Shown here: piece by piece, positions 38,868 through 48,159 of the stretch
Position numbering within the stretch: position 1 is the first letter of the stretch
How the letters are laid out: each line of letters opens with the position of its first letter
IMG/VR virus record: IMGVR_UViG_3300028571_002018
Length of the DNA stretch: 64,000 bases
Direction: 5' to 3' (one strand)
Source of the DNA: an uncultured virus (IMG/VR IMGVR_UViG_3300028571_002018)
Lineage: Duplodnaviria > Heunggongvirae > Uroviricota > Caudoviricetes
Translations under genes and position numbers: made by a program
Notes under the pieces: generated by a model
What the model was told of the DNA's origin: nothing
The model's database searches: none
The model's input: the letters and a program-made list of their open reading frames with translations, nothing else

Positions 38868-39716
38868 TTACTCCTGAGATTCGATGTGTGTGGGGTTGGC
38901 GGCGCTGGCGGGCGTGGGGATTGCGCCCGCGCACTTGGCGATCAGCGCGCCGAGATGCGGCGGCTCCAGCAGGTCGAGGCGACCGCTGCGGTCTTTGGCC
39001 GGGAAGCCGTAGGGATTGACGGTGTGCGTGACGAAGGCGCGGTAGGAGCTACCGTCCTCGGCCTTGATCTCGGCCAGCGTCACGACCTCATCGACGATGC
39101 CGGGCAGCTCCAGGCTGGTCTTGCTGCCTTCGATCTGCGGGACGAACACCTTGCGGTTGAAGTCATCCAGTCGCTCATCGAGGATCGCCACGAACACCAC
39201 GTTTTTGCCACGGGCGTGTTGCAGGTGGGTCAACGCACCGATCATTTCCTGGCCGAGCAGCCCGTAGGCCGCGCGCAGATCGGGCTTTCCAGAGCGATCA
39301 CTGACCGCGCCGGGCTGCGTCTTGCACCACGCAAAGCACTGGCGAGACAGTTGCGTGATTGAGTCGAGGAAGAAGGTCTGGTAGCGACCAAGCTGCGTCG
39401 CATCGCCGAACTTCTCGATGACGTGGTCGTAGTGCGCCTGCGAGAACGCGCTTTCCGGCGGTAGCGACTTGTCGGGGCCTGCGAGGAACACGAAGAAGTC
39501 GCGGCTCTCGGGCCAGGACGCCGGGCGGATGGTGTCGCCCGGCCAGTCGGCGACAGCCAAGTCGCCTGCCTCGATGTCAAGGAACAGCGTGGTGGCGGGG
39601 TCGAGGTCTTTGAGCCGGGACGTCTTGCCGATGCCGGACTTGCCCAGCATCAGCAGCTTCACGCCCTTGCGCTCGGCCATGCGCTCAACGGCGGACACGA
39701 TGGGGAGCCTCTTCAT
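38868..39716 (-). CDS. AAA ATPase (Sak4-like)
   Basis: GKSGIGKT, FLDSIT, AKDRSG. Confidence 0.8.
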   Translation of the reverse strand: MKRLPIVSAVERMAERKGVKLLMLGKSGIGKTSRLKDLDPATTLFLDIEAGDLAVADWPGDTIRPASWPESRDFFVFLAGPDKSLPPESAFSQAHYDHVIEKFGDATQLGRYQTFFLDSITQLSRQCFAWCKTQPGAVSDRSGKPDLRAAYGLLGQEMIGALTHLQHARGKNVVFVAILDERLDDFNRKVFVPQIEGSKTSLELPGIVDEVVTLAEIKAEDGSSYRAFVTHTVNPYGFPAKDRSGRLDLLEPPHLGALIAKCAGAIPTPASAANPTHIESQE

Positions 39717-40195
39717 GCCTCACCCCCATCGGTGCTCAGGGTGAAGGACGGCTTGCCGGAATCGACCGTGCGGGCGGCCGCGAACTGCTGCTGCAACGCA
39801 GGCGGCCAGTTGATGTACCGGGACTCGGACACTGAGAGCTTGACGTCGAGGTAGCCCTCGACCTTCTCGCCCGAGGCCACGATGCGCTCGGCAATTTCGC
39901 CCAACTGCTTCTGGTTCCAGCTCACCTTCTTGGGCAGCTCGAACTTGATGTGCAGCGGGCCGTCGCTGATGTGGGCGGTGCCGAAGTCACGGCCGGATTC
40001 ACGCAGCGCGGCGCGTGCCTGCTCGCCGTAGCACTGCTCCAGCGCCGCGTCGAACTTGGTACGTGCCTTCTTGAGCCAGTCAATGGCGGCGTCGAGGTTC
40101 TTGTCGACCTCGCGCTTCTGCTCGGGCGGCAGCGCGGCCAATTGGCTCACGGACATCTCGGCGATGTCGACGGGGAAGATGGTCAGATCGCTCAT
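39713..40195 (-). CDS. Hypothetical phage protein
   Basis: PKKVSWNQ...VSESRY; coupled to the ATPase gene. Confidence 0.65.
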   Translation of the reverse strand: MSDLTIFPVDIAEMSVSQLAALPPEQKREVDKNLDAAIDWLKKARTKFDAALEQCYGEQARAALRESGRDFGTAHISDGPLHIKFELPKKVSWNQKQLGEIAERIVASGEKVEGYLDVKLSVSESRYINWPPALQQQFAAARTVDSGKPSFTLSTDGGEA

Positions 40196-40206
40196 GGCCG
40201 TCCTCC

Positions 40207-40470
40207 TCACTGGTATGCCCGAGCGAAGGTCGAGTAGCGCGAGACGCGGCGCTCGAAGGCTTCGATTTCGGAGATCAGGTAGGTGACGCGCGCCCCGAGC
40301 TTGCAGAAAACGGGGCCGAGCTGTTCCTGCCGCCAACGGCGCAGGGTTTTGACGGAGAGCCCCCAGCGGGCGGCGAGCTCGTTTTCGTCGAGGGCGATGC
40401 GCGTGGCACCGTCCGGAAGATGCCGGGAAAGTTTCCGGCCGGATTGAACAGAGGGGACTTGGTTTTGCAT
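40207..40470 (-). CDS. AlpA/excisionase-like HTH protein
   Basis: ELAARWGLSVKTLRRWR...GPVFCKLGARVTY. Confidence 0.8.
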   Translation of the reverse strand: MQNQVPSVQSGRKLSRHLPDGATRIALDENELAARWGLSVKTLRRWRQEQLGPVFCKLGARVTYLISEIEAFERRVSRYSTFARAYQ

Positions 40471-40472
40471 TT

Positions 40473-40560
40473 GGAGCACTCCTTTCGTTGAAGTGCTCCT
40501 ATTTCCTCGCATATCAGACTGCGATATTTCGCAGTCTTCTCGCAGAAATCACGCAGAAAT
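40473..40560. promoter_or_regulatory. Operator-like region upstream of the early/replication operon
   Basis: GGAGCACT/AGTGCTCC hairpin over the RBS; AGACTGCGA-TATT-TCGCAGTCT palindrome; CGCA(G) boxes phased at 11 bp. Confidence 0.55.
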
Positions 40561-40576
40561 TACAACGCCCTGATTC

Positions 40577-42850
40577 TCAAGCCACCTCTGCCTCTGCGCC
40601 AGTAGATTCAGCTGCGTGCTGATAATCCGGCACGCCAATACTCAATTCCCACAGGCGCGGTTTGCTGTTGCCATCCGCCCCTCGAATGTAGGAAGACCAT
40701 TCCGGCGCACCCCTGAAAAACTCATTCATCGAACGAATGGTTTTCCCGGCGGCATCTTCGAGTTGTAGCTTGGTGCATTTGCGCTTTTGACTTGTCCACG
40801 CGTTCACCAGCAATTCCACAACATCGACCCATTCCTTCGTGGTCAACGACCACGGTTCTGGCCAAGGGCCGACAAGCAAGGCATTTCGCGCATCCTCTTT
40901 GATCAGGATCGGCGTGTCCGTTACTACAGCTGCAGCCTGCCTGCGACGCACCTCGCCCTCGACCCTGGCCATTTCAATGCAGACCTGACCATTCACCTCA
41001 TGAGCCAAGGCATCAAGCGCCACGACAATGCCCGGGCCAAGAAACCTGCGGGATGATCCTGCGGTCGTGGTCAGCACGATGGTCAAACCCAGATTCGACT
41101 GCCGCAGCGCGGTGTCCATTTTGTCGGCATGCTTCGGCTCCCAGAGACGCGACACGAGCGCGACCGGCAGACGCTGGTCGCCCATGCGGTAGTTGCCAAG
41201 CACGTAGGGCTCCTGCTCATCCACGGTCAGCGGGACGTCGATCAGTTGCTGCTTGAGCAGTTGATCCAGCCGTTCGCGCAGGTAGGACTTGTCGACCGTG
41301 TACCGGCACAGGTCTCCTTCGGAAAGGTCATAGCGCTCACCGGTGAGGTCGTCCAGTGCCCAGGTGCTGGTGCTGTTGAAATTCACCTTGAGGCGTCGGA
41401 AGCCGGGCTGGCCCTCCTCATCTTCGACAGGCACGGTGACGTAGTCGCCTGGTGCTTTCCTTTTCAACAGTCCCTTGCTAACGAGATCAGCGGCGGGAAG
41501 ACCAAGCGCTGTCAGCAGATGGCCATCGACATCATCGACCGCGAGATCGAGCAGTTTCATCTCGGCACGGAAAAGGGCCAGATCGGCCCCGACCTTTGCC
41601 GGTTGCACCCGCTTCATGACGCCCAGTGAGGTCAGGATGTCCTCGCCGCATCGACGCATTCGAGGGTCTGGCAGCGCATGCAGGTTGCAGGAACCACGCT
41701 GACCCACGGTAATGTCGAGCGCGCGCGCGTCTTCCTCTCCGTCAAAACGGATCACGAACGACAGCTTTACCTCGAGCACTGAACGGCAGCTCGAAAGCGG
41801 GTTGTGCTCGCCAAAGTGGTGGTTGGAAACACCCCAGACGTTGTCGCTGTTGGCCAGCGAAAGCGTGACGCTGTGGCGGGTGTGACCGAGGGTCACGGAC
41901 AGCGAGGAAATCCAGGCGTCTTGGATCACTGCCCCGGTGGCCTTCGCATCTTTGAGGCTAACCGGCTGCTTGAACATTGCCAGCTCATAGCTGACCGCGT
42001 CCACGGGCTGTTTCGAGAGGGGTTTCTCGAAGCCGATCACAGCGAATCGATCAGCGAGGCGTTTGGCGGTGCTCTGCTTGTCAGAAAGCACATGTACCTT
42101 GTTCTCGGCGGGGTCGTAAACCAGCGTTGCTTCGAGCGCGGGGGTGAACAGGAGCAGGTCGCGCCGACGATCTTTCATCTGGCGTAGCAACTTCATCTTG
42201 CCGGGGTGATAGACGACCAAATAGTGCAGCCGCCGCTTGGCGGTCTCGTCGCCGTCATCCATCTCAAAGTGGATGACCTCACAGCTCTTCTTGGACTCGT
42301 CGTCCAGGCCCAGAATCTCGCCCACGCCTTCGTGCAGTTTCCGCTCGACCTCGGGCGTCCACTGAAAGTCCCGGCCGTCGCCATCGCGCACGGTGAATCC
42401 GAGAAATTTCTTGTGCCCATGGAAATGGTGCGTGAGATAGATCGTCTCGATCTGGTCGAAGATGCGTGGAGCCTTCACGCGCAACCAGATCAAACGGGTC
42501 ATGGCATCAGCAGACCGGTCGAAGGTATCGATCTCCGGATGGCTTTCGAACTCGATTTGACTGAATGCGTGCTCCAGCATTTCCTCTGTGCGGAAACGCG
42601 CCAGTTGGAGGAGACGCACCGCCTCCTGGTCAGCAATCGTGATGTCTTCGCGCTTGACCGATGGGATGCACTCGAGCAGTTCGGAGCGTGCTTGGTGCTC
42701 AGGCTTGGCGGCATCGAGTACGCCAAGGAATGCGAATTTGTCCACCTGCGCCAAAAGCGAGATGGACATCAGGGTCGACGAGTTGACGAGGTCGGCGACG
42801 TGCTTACTGTTCTTCTGAGATTTCTTGGCCACTCGATGCTCCTTGAACAT
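40577..42850 (-). CDS. Large hypothetical protein (757 aa), possible C-terminal winged helix
   Basis: Long ORF; third gene of the HTH-ImmA/PIN operon. Confidence 0.75.
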   Translation of the reverse strand: MFKEHRVAKKSQKNSKHVADLVNSSTLMSISLLAQVDKFAFLGVLDAAKPEHQARSELLECIPSVKREDITIADQEAVRLLQLARFRTEEMLEHAFSQIEFESHPEIDTFDRSADAMTRLIWLRVKAPRIFDQIETIYLTHHFHGHKKFLGFTVRDGDGRDFQWTPEVERKLHEGVGEILGLDDESKKSCEVIHFEMDDGDETAKRRLHYLVVYHPGKMKLLRQMKDRRRDLLLFTPALEATLVYDPAENKVHVLSDKQSTAKRLADRFAVIGFEKPLSKQPVDAVSYELAMFKQPVSLKDAKATGAVIQDAWISSLSVTLGHTRHSVTLSLANSDNVWGVSNHHFGEHNPLSSCRSVLEVKLSFVIRFDGEEDARALDITVGQRGSCNLHALPDPRMRRCGEDILTSLGVMKRVQPAKVGADLALFRAEMKLLDLAVDDVDGHLLTALGLPAADLVSKGLLKRKAPGDYVTVPVEDEEGQPGFRRLKVNFNSTSTWALDDLTGERYDLSEGDLCRYTVDKSYLRERLDQLLKQQLIDVPLTVDEQEPYVLGNYRMGDQRLPVALVSRLWEPKHADKMDTALRQSNLGLTIVLTTTAGSSRRFLGPGIVVALDALAHEVNGQVCIEMARVEGEVRRRQAAAVVTDTPILIKEDARNALLVGPWPEPWSLTTKEWVDVVELLVNAWTSQKRKCTKLQLEDAAGKTIRSMNEFFRGAPEWSSYIRGADGNSKPRLWELSIGVPDYQHAAESTGAEAEVA

Positions 42851-42903
42851 TGCTGAGTGGCTTTCCTCCCTTTGATGGACGCGCCCTCAGCGTCAAACGT
42901 TTC

Positions 42904-43425
42904 TCACGGGATGATTCCTAACCTGACCTTGGTCTTGATGCTGGAAAGCCAGTCCTCGCGGTATTGAAGAGCGAGCGCATCAAGATTGACACGGCCTACC
43001 CCCGCCTTTCGGGCCAGAACCTCCAGCGAGGTCATGCAGTCGAGCCAGCCCAGTCCGTTCGAGGCAACCATGGCGGCCTTGTCAGCCGTCGTGACCACGA
43101 TGACCTGTGATGGCAGCAGCTTGTTGGCGTACAGCCACGCGAAGAGATGCTTCTCGCCATCGTCAAGCGTGCTGCACGATGGATTGCTCAACACCAGAGA
43201 GGCAAGTTCCTTTCGATTGACCGGATGCTGCCCAGAAAGGCCCGCTATCAAGTCGGCAGACGGGACGGCAACGTGGCGGGAATCGCCAGGATTGCCGGTC
43301 AGCGTTTCCTCAACGCACTTCTCGACCGTCTCGATGGAGAAGTGGTTGCTGATGGCTGCCCAGCAGCCCGTTCGGAATGATTCGAGGATGACGTTGGTGT
43401 CCGCGAAAACTCGGATTTTCGGCAT
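42904..43425 (-). CDS. PIN-domain protein
   Basis: VFADTNVI...LDDGEKHL...TTADKAA acidic PIN pattern. Confidence 0.7.
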   Translation of the reverse strand: MPKIRVFADTNVILESFRTGCWAAISNHFSIETVEKCVEETLTGNPGDSRHVAVPSADLIAGLSGQHPVNRKELASLVLSNPSCSTLDDGEKHLFAWLYANKLLPSQVIVVTTADKAAMVASNGLGWLDCMTSLEVLARKAGVGRVNLDALALQYREDWLSSIKTKVRLGIIP

Positions 43426-43437
43426 ACGGTGCTCACC

Positions 43438-44559
43438 TCACAGCTCGAACGGTGCGGTGAGGTCGTACTGAGCGAACAGCTCGGTCAACCCGCCAAGTCC
43501 AAGGCCCATCGCCTTGGCGGCTTTGCGAGCCGACAGCCGTCCGTTTTCCAGGGCTTCGTGAAGCATCTTCACGAAGGTAGGAGAGAACCGTTTTGGTGGG
43601 CCTGACACCGATGGCCGCTGCTTCTCTTGCGAAAGACTGCGCCGGGTATCTTCACCGATGAGCTTGAGGTTAAACAGTCGCCATGCCAGCGTGACCGGTG
43701 CAACCCGGAGCAAGGCCGCGACCTCGCACAGATGCGCAATATCGCCTTGACGGTCGGACTCGATCAGCTTGTCGAGGGTGGCGCTCGGCATCAGCAGCGC
43801 AGCGGCGAAACTATTCGCCAACTGCTCGATGCGCTTGCCTTTGCTGCGCTCCTCGACAGAGTTCGACTCCCGGTGTTCCGGCCTCATCGCGTCCCAGGTT
43901 AGGGCATGGAAAAGCTCGTGCGCGAGATCGAAAAAACGCCGGGCTTCGTTCTCGTTGCGGTTGATCAGGATGACACCCATCTCTTCGAGATGGCAGGTGG
44001 CACCCGAGATGGACTGACCATCGGCAGTGTCAACCGTATCGACGAATAACACCGGGATGTCCAGCTCGCGCTCGATCTTGTCGATCAAGCCTTCGGCTGG
44101 AATAACACCGAGATCCAGCTCGGCAACCAAACTTTCCGCGCGCTCCTGTGCGTCTTCGAAAGAAGACTGCGATGACAGCCGGAGGGCGCGCTTGAGCACG
44201 CTTGACCGGCTGTCCTGCTGCTCGCGCAGCCAGCGAAGCAGACCGATCCATTGACCGGCCTTCAGCTCGAATCCGTCGAGGCTGTCCTCGGGCACCTCCG
44301 GCGCGGCACGCCAGGAGAACTGCGCCTCGCCAGCAACGGCAAACGGGTCGATGAAGAACTCGAGATCGCGGTCCAACAGGTCGGACAGCGTCAGCATCTC
44401 GTCCGGCTTGAGGGCGCGCTTGCCGTTTTCGATGTCAGAGACCGTCTGGCGGTCGTTCAGACCCATCCCTTGAGTGAGCTGATCCTGCGTCCAGCCCTTG
44501 GCCTCGCGCGCCGCTTTGACGCGGTAGCCGATCAGCTTTTGCGAGATCTTTTCGAGCAT
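43438..44559 (-). CDS. XRE HTH plus ImmA/IrrE Zn-metallopeptidase fusion
   Basis: Cro/C1 HTH (WTQDQL...VSDIENGKR); LAHELFH HEXXH; EQLANSFAAALLMP; AGGAGG SD. Confidence 0.88.
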   Translation of the reverse strand: MLEKISQKLIGYRVKAAREAKGWTQDQLTQGMGLNDRQTVSDIENGKRALKPDEMLTLSDLLDRDLEFFIDPFAVAGEAQFSWRAAPEVPEDSLDGFELKAGQWIGLLRWLREQQDSRSSVLKRALRLSSQSSFEDAQERAESLVAELDLGVIPAEGLIDKIERELDIPVLFVDTVDTADGQSISGATCHLEEMGVILINRNENEARRFFDLAHELFHALTWDAMRPEHRESNSVEERSKGKRIEQLANSFAAALLMPSATLDKLIESDRQGDIAHLCEVAALLRVAPVTLAWRLFNLKLIGEDTRRSLSQEKQRPSVSGPPKRFSPTFVKMLHEALENGRLSARKAAKAMGLGLGGLTELFAQYDLTAPFEL

Positions 44560-44588
44560 GGCAGTCACCTCCTAAACCTGCATTCTAG

Positions 44589-44621
44589 TCTTGCGAAGTT
44601 AAAAAGGCAAGAATATCTTGC
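44589..44621. promoter_or_regulatory. TCTTGC/GCAAGA operator-like repeats in the divergent promoter region
   Basis: TCTTGC (44589), GCAAGA (44607), TCTTGC (44616). Confidence 0.4.
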
Positions 44622-44720
44622 GTTGTGCTGTTTGCATGTTATCCCGATTGCCCTGCGTTGCCATCCTCTTCGGGGGATCGAGCTCACCATCTGTGACGTT
44701 TGCAATTCCTCGGAGCCGTC

Positions 44721-44912
44721 ATGAAGAACCTCGAACTCGCATCTCCCTCGGAGATGTCCGCCAGCGCCCGCGCTGGCGAAATCACCGCCATCCTTGCGGC
44801 CGCCATCGTCCGCACCGTCGTCGCAGAAGCGCCAAAACAGAGAGAAGTTGGCCTTGGCTTCCTGCCCGACCAGCGCGTTCATACAACCCCCTATCAACAG
44901 GAGAAGTTGTGA
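44721..44912 (+). CDS. Small hypothetical protein
   Basis: GGAG SD; overlaps the DUF2924 start; contains motif copy 4. Confidence 0.5.
   Translation: MKNLELASPSEMSASARAGEITAILAAAIVRTVVAEAPKQREVGLGFLPDQRVHTTPYQQEKL
44853..44882 (+). promoter_or_regulatory. Conserved 30-bp upstream motif, copy 4
   Basis: CTTGGCTTC-CTGCCC-GACCAGCGCGTTCAT, 30 nt before the DUF2924-recombinase genes. Confidence 0.65.
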
Positions 44913-45364
44913 TGAACGAGAAACAAACATCCGTCGCCGCGCGGATCGCGGAGCTGTCGAGCCTGCCCATCGCCGAGTTGTGGCCAGTGTGGGATCGGTA
45001 CTTCAGCAGCCGCCCCATCAACCCCAACCGCGTCTTCATCGAGTCGCGCATCGCCTACAAGATGCAGGAGGAAGCCTTCGGCGGTCTGGCGCACAACACG
45101 CGCCAGCGCCTGGAGGCCATCGGTGCCAAGCATTCCAAGATCAAGCTGCGGGCTCGCCCGCGCGACACCAACTTCGCGCCCGGCACCGTGCTGCTGCGCG
45201 AATGGGGCGACCGCGAGCACAAGGTGGCGGTCACCGCCGAAGGTCTGTTCGAGTACGAGGGCAGCACCTTCAAGAGCCTGACAGCCGTGGCCCGGCAGAT
45301 CACCGGCACGCACTGGTCGGGGCCACTGTTCTTCGGCCTGACCGGCAAGGCAGGTGCGCAATGA
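44912..45364 (+). CDS. DUF2924 protein
   Basis: IAYKMQEEAFGGL...PGTVLLREW...SLTAVARQITGTHWSGPLFFGL. Confidence 0.85.
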   Translation: MNEKQTSVAARIAELSSLPIAELWPVWDRYFSSRPINPNRVFIESRIAYKMQEEAFGGLAHNTRQRLEAIGAKHSKIKLRARPRDTNFAPGTVLLREWGDREHKVAVTAEGLFEYEGSTFKSLTAVARQITGTHWSGPLFFGLTGKAGAQ

Positions 45365-46749
45365 GCGACGCCACCCAAATCGCCTCTCCCAAGGCGCGCA
45401 AACGCTGCGCCGTCTACTGCCGGGTGTCGTCGGACGAACGCCTTGACCAGGAGTTCAACTCCATCGACGCGCAGAAGGAAGCAGGCCACGCCTACGTCGC
45501 CAGCCAACGCGCAGAAGGATGGATTCCGGTGGCCGACGACTACGACGACGCCGGCTTCTCCGGCGGCAACACGGATCGTCCAGGGCTGAAACGCCTGATG
45601 GCCGACATCGAGCGCGGCCAGATCGACATCGTGGTGGTCTACAAGATTGACCGCCTGACGCGCAGCCTTGCCGACTTCTCCAAGATGGTCGAGGTGTTCG
45701 AGCGCCAGGGCGTGTCGTTCGTGTCGGTCACGCAGCAGTTCAACACCACCACCTCGATGGGACGGCTGATGCTCAACGTGCTGCTGTCCTTCGCCCAGTT
45801 CGAGCGCGAGGTCACCGGCGAGCGCATCCGCGACAAGATCGCCGCCAGCAAACGCAAAGGGATGTGGATGGGTGGCGTGCCGCCGCTCGGCTTCGATGTC
45901 GAGAACCGCCTGCTGGTCATCAACGACACCGAGGCGGCGGTGGTGCGACGCATCTTCGAGGAGATGCTGACCATCGGATCGCCCACCCAGATTGCCGCCA
46001 ACCTGACGCTGGATGGCATCACGACCAAGGCGTGGACGACACAGGACGGCCAGACGCGGGCGGGCACGCGCATCGACAAGAAGTACCTGCACAAGCTGCT
46101 GCGCAACCGCATCTACCTCGGGGAGTTGTCGCACAAGGGCAGTTGGTACCCGGGTGTGCATCAAGCCATCATCGATCCCGGGCTGTGGGGCCGGGTTCAC
46201 GAGGTGCTGGCCAAGGATGGCCACACTCGGTCGGTGGAAACCAAGATCAGGTCGCGCACCGACGCCTTGCTGCGCGGCCTGCTGTACGCACCCTCAGGCG
46301 AGCGGATGTACCCGACCTACTCGCGCAAGAACGGGCGCAAGTACCACTACTACGTGTCCAAGTCGGAAGCGCGGTTCGGCGCGCCGGGCAAGGGCTATGA
46401 GCGCCTGCCCGCGCCGGAGATCGAGGGGGCGGTGGTGGCCCAGATCCGCACGGTGCTGACCAGCCCGGAGACCGTAGCGTCGGTGGTGCGGCACATCCAA
46501 CGCAACGGGGCCCAGATCGATGAGGCCACCACCGTGATGGCGATGGGACGGCTCAACAACGTCTGGGATCAACTGTTCCCGGTCGAGCGCCACCGCATCG
46601 CCAATCTGATGATCGAGCGCATCGACCTCGTCCACACGGGCGAGGTTCAGGGGATCAAGGTGAAGTGGCGTGAGGTGGGTTGGAACGCGCTGATCAAGGA
46701 GTTCGCCCCGGACAGCATCGGTGCCGAACTGTTGGAGGTCGAAGCCTGA
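45361..46749 (+). CDS. Large serine recombinase (integrase)
   Basis: CAVYCRVSS catalytic Ser, SGGNTDRPGL, KIDRLTRS, FAQFERE. Confidence 0.93.
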   Translation: MSDATQIASPKARKRCAVYCRVSSDERLDQEFNSIDAQKEAGHAYVASQRAEGWIPVADDYDDAGFSGGNTDRPGLKRLMADIERGQIDIVVVYKIDRLTRSLADFSKMVEVFERQGVSFVSVTQQFNTTTSMGRLMLNVLLSFAQFEREVTGERIRDKIAASKRKGMWMGGVPPLGFDVENRLLVINDTEAAVVRRIFEEMLTIGSPTQIAANLTLDGITTKAWTTQDGQTRAGTRIDKKYLHKLLRNRIYLGELSHKGSWYPGVHQAIIDPGLWGRVHEVLAKDGHTRSVETKIRSRTDALLRGLLYAPSGERMYPTYSRKNGRKYHYYVSKSEARFGAPGKGYERLPAPEIEGAVVAQIRTVLTSPETVASVVRHIQRNGAQIDEATTVMAMGRLNNVWDQLFPVERHRIANLMIERIDLVHTGEVQGIKVKWREVGWNALIKEFAPDSIGAELLEVEA

Positions 46750-47120
46750 TGGACGAGTCGATGGAAACCTTCGTGCCCCTGACGTTCCGACGCCGGGGCG
46801 TCCAGCGCGTGGCCACCGACGAGCGTAGCGTCCACGACGTGACCCTGCTCGACGGTGTGGCACGGGCCTTTTACTGGCAGCACCTGCTGGACACCGGCGC
46901 GATGCAGAGCGGGTCGGCCATCGCCCGCGCCGAGAAGCTGCACCACTCGGTGGTCAACGAACTGCTGCGCCTGACCCTGTTGGCCCCCGACATCATTGAG
47001 CAGTTCATGGCGGGCAAGCAGCCACGGCGGCTGACGCTGATGTGGTTTCAGCGAAACCGCCTGATGGTCGACTGGCACGCCCAGCGCCAGCTCATGGCCA
47101 CCTTCGAGGAGGACGTATGA
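46749..47120 (+). CDS. Recombinase-associated small HTH-like protein
   Basis: TFVPLTFRRRG...ARAFYWQHLL...LRLTLLAPDII. Confidence 0.7.
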   Translation: MDESMETFVPLTFRRRGVQRVATDERSVHDVTLLDGVARAFYWQHLLDTGAMQSGSAIARAEKLHHSVVNELLRLTLLAPDIIEQFMAGKQPRRLTLMWFQRNRLMVDWHAQRQLMATFEEDV

Positions 47121-47596
47121 GCAAAAAGCATCGTGGCCACGCCAAGGGCGACCCAGTGACGTATCAGACGCCGCTGCCTGCTGGCGGCGTGCAGATGGAA
47201 ACATTCCTGCCCTGGACGCTGGTGCGCCGGGGTTTGAAGAAGCAGGTCATCACGCCGCTGGACGCGCCGCAGGAGTTCCTGGACGAGGCCCGCCGTGAGC
47301 GGCAGGTGCGGGAGATGGCGCAGGACACTCCCTTGATCCGGGCGCTCGGCCTCGCGCACCACTGGCAGCGCCTGCTGGACGAAGGACGGTTCAGTTCAAT
47401 GACCGAGATCGCGGCGGCCGAAGGCATCGACCTCGGCCAAGCGAGCAAGATGAGCCGACTGGCACAACTGGCCCCCGACTTGATCGAAGCCATCGCCCTG
47501 GGACGCCTCGATGTGGGCGTCAGCCAGTTGCTGCGCGGCAAGTTGACGGCGTCCTGGCTGGCGCAACGCGAGGCGCTGGTGGCAGGCTCGCGCTGA
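47117..47596 (+). CDS. Recombinase-associated small HTH-like protein (paralogue of the previous gene)
   Basis: TFLPWTLVRRG...GLAHHWQRLL...RLAQLAPDLI. Confidence 0.7.
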   Translation: MSKKHRGHAKGDPVTYQTPLPAGGVQMETFLPWTLVRRGLKKQVITPLDAPQEFLDEARRERQVREMAQDTPLIRALGLAHHWQRLLDEGRFSSMTEIAAAEGIDLGQASKMSRLAQLAPDLIEAIALGRLDVGVSQLLRGKLTASWLAQREALVAGSR

Positions 47597-47616
47597 CATC
47601 CGTGCCGCAGCGACAC

Positions 47617-47638
47617 GCCGCCGCAAGGCGGCTTTTTT
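47617..47638 (+). terminator. Intrinsic terminator
   Basis: GCCGCC-GCAA-GGCGGC-TTTTTT after the recombinase operon. Confidence 0.8.
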
Positions 47639-47864
47639 GTGCCTTTCGCTGTCTCGGTCGCGCGCTCCCGAGCAAGCGAAGAAGCAAACCAATGGCCCGC
47701 AAACCCGCGCCAACACACGACTTCTGGCCTTGAATGCTCAAGAGGGCAGCAGAGAACAGAGAGAGAAAAACGGCGGAGTGCGCGCCTGCAACGGCGACTT
47801 CCGGAGGGGCGTGCTCAAGAGGACAAGGCCGGAAACCGCGCAAACACAGGGGGAACGGGCGAAA

Positions 47865-47892
47865 AAAAACCAACCGAGAACGGTTGGTTTTT
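47865..47892. repeat. Perfect 12-bp inverted repeat near the probable prophage end
   Basis: AAAAACCAACCG-AGAA-CGGTTGGTTTTT. Confidence 0.65.
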
Positions 47893-48159
47893 CAAATAGT
47901 GGTGGTGGGGCCGCACCCCCTGTCAAACCCAGCGAACTGGGCTCCTTTTTGCTGCCAATGGCTGCATCGAATAGCTGCGGAAACCTCCAACATAACTGGC
48001 AGTCTATCAGAGGCCGATGGTCGACCCCATCGAGAACTGTGGACGCCAGTTCAAATCCGTATTTCGCACTTGAACCGCCGTCCGCATTTTTTCACCTCTT
48101 GGCTTTGGGCTGAAAACACGCCTTCATGGAGTACCACCAACTCATTCGGAAGGAAACCC

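Larger units (their letters stand above)
2170..47900. mobile_element. Lambdoid siphovirus-like prophage with serine integrase (boundaries approximate; left cargo may extend beyond the window)
   Basis: Ordered lysis-tail-head-packaging-replication-regulation-integration modules with uniform high GC. Confidence 0.88.

Noticed and set aside
47893..47920. att site or tRNA 3' remnant (TAGTGGTGGTGGGG)
   Set aside because: No matching copy in the window and no T arm.
48046..48062. GTTCAAATCC as another tRNA-like T arm
   Set aside because: The flanks do not form a T stem.
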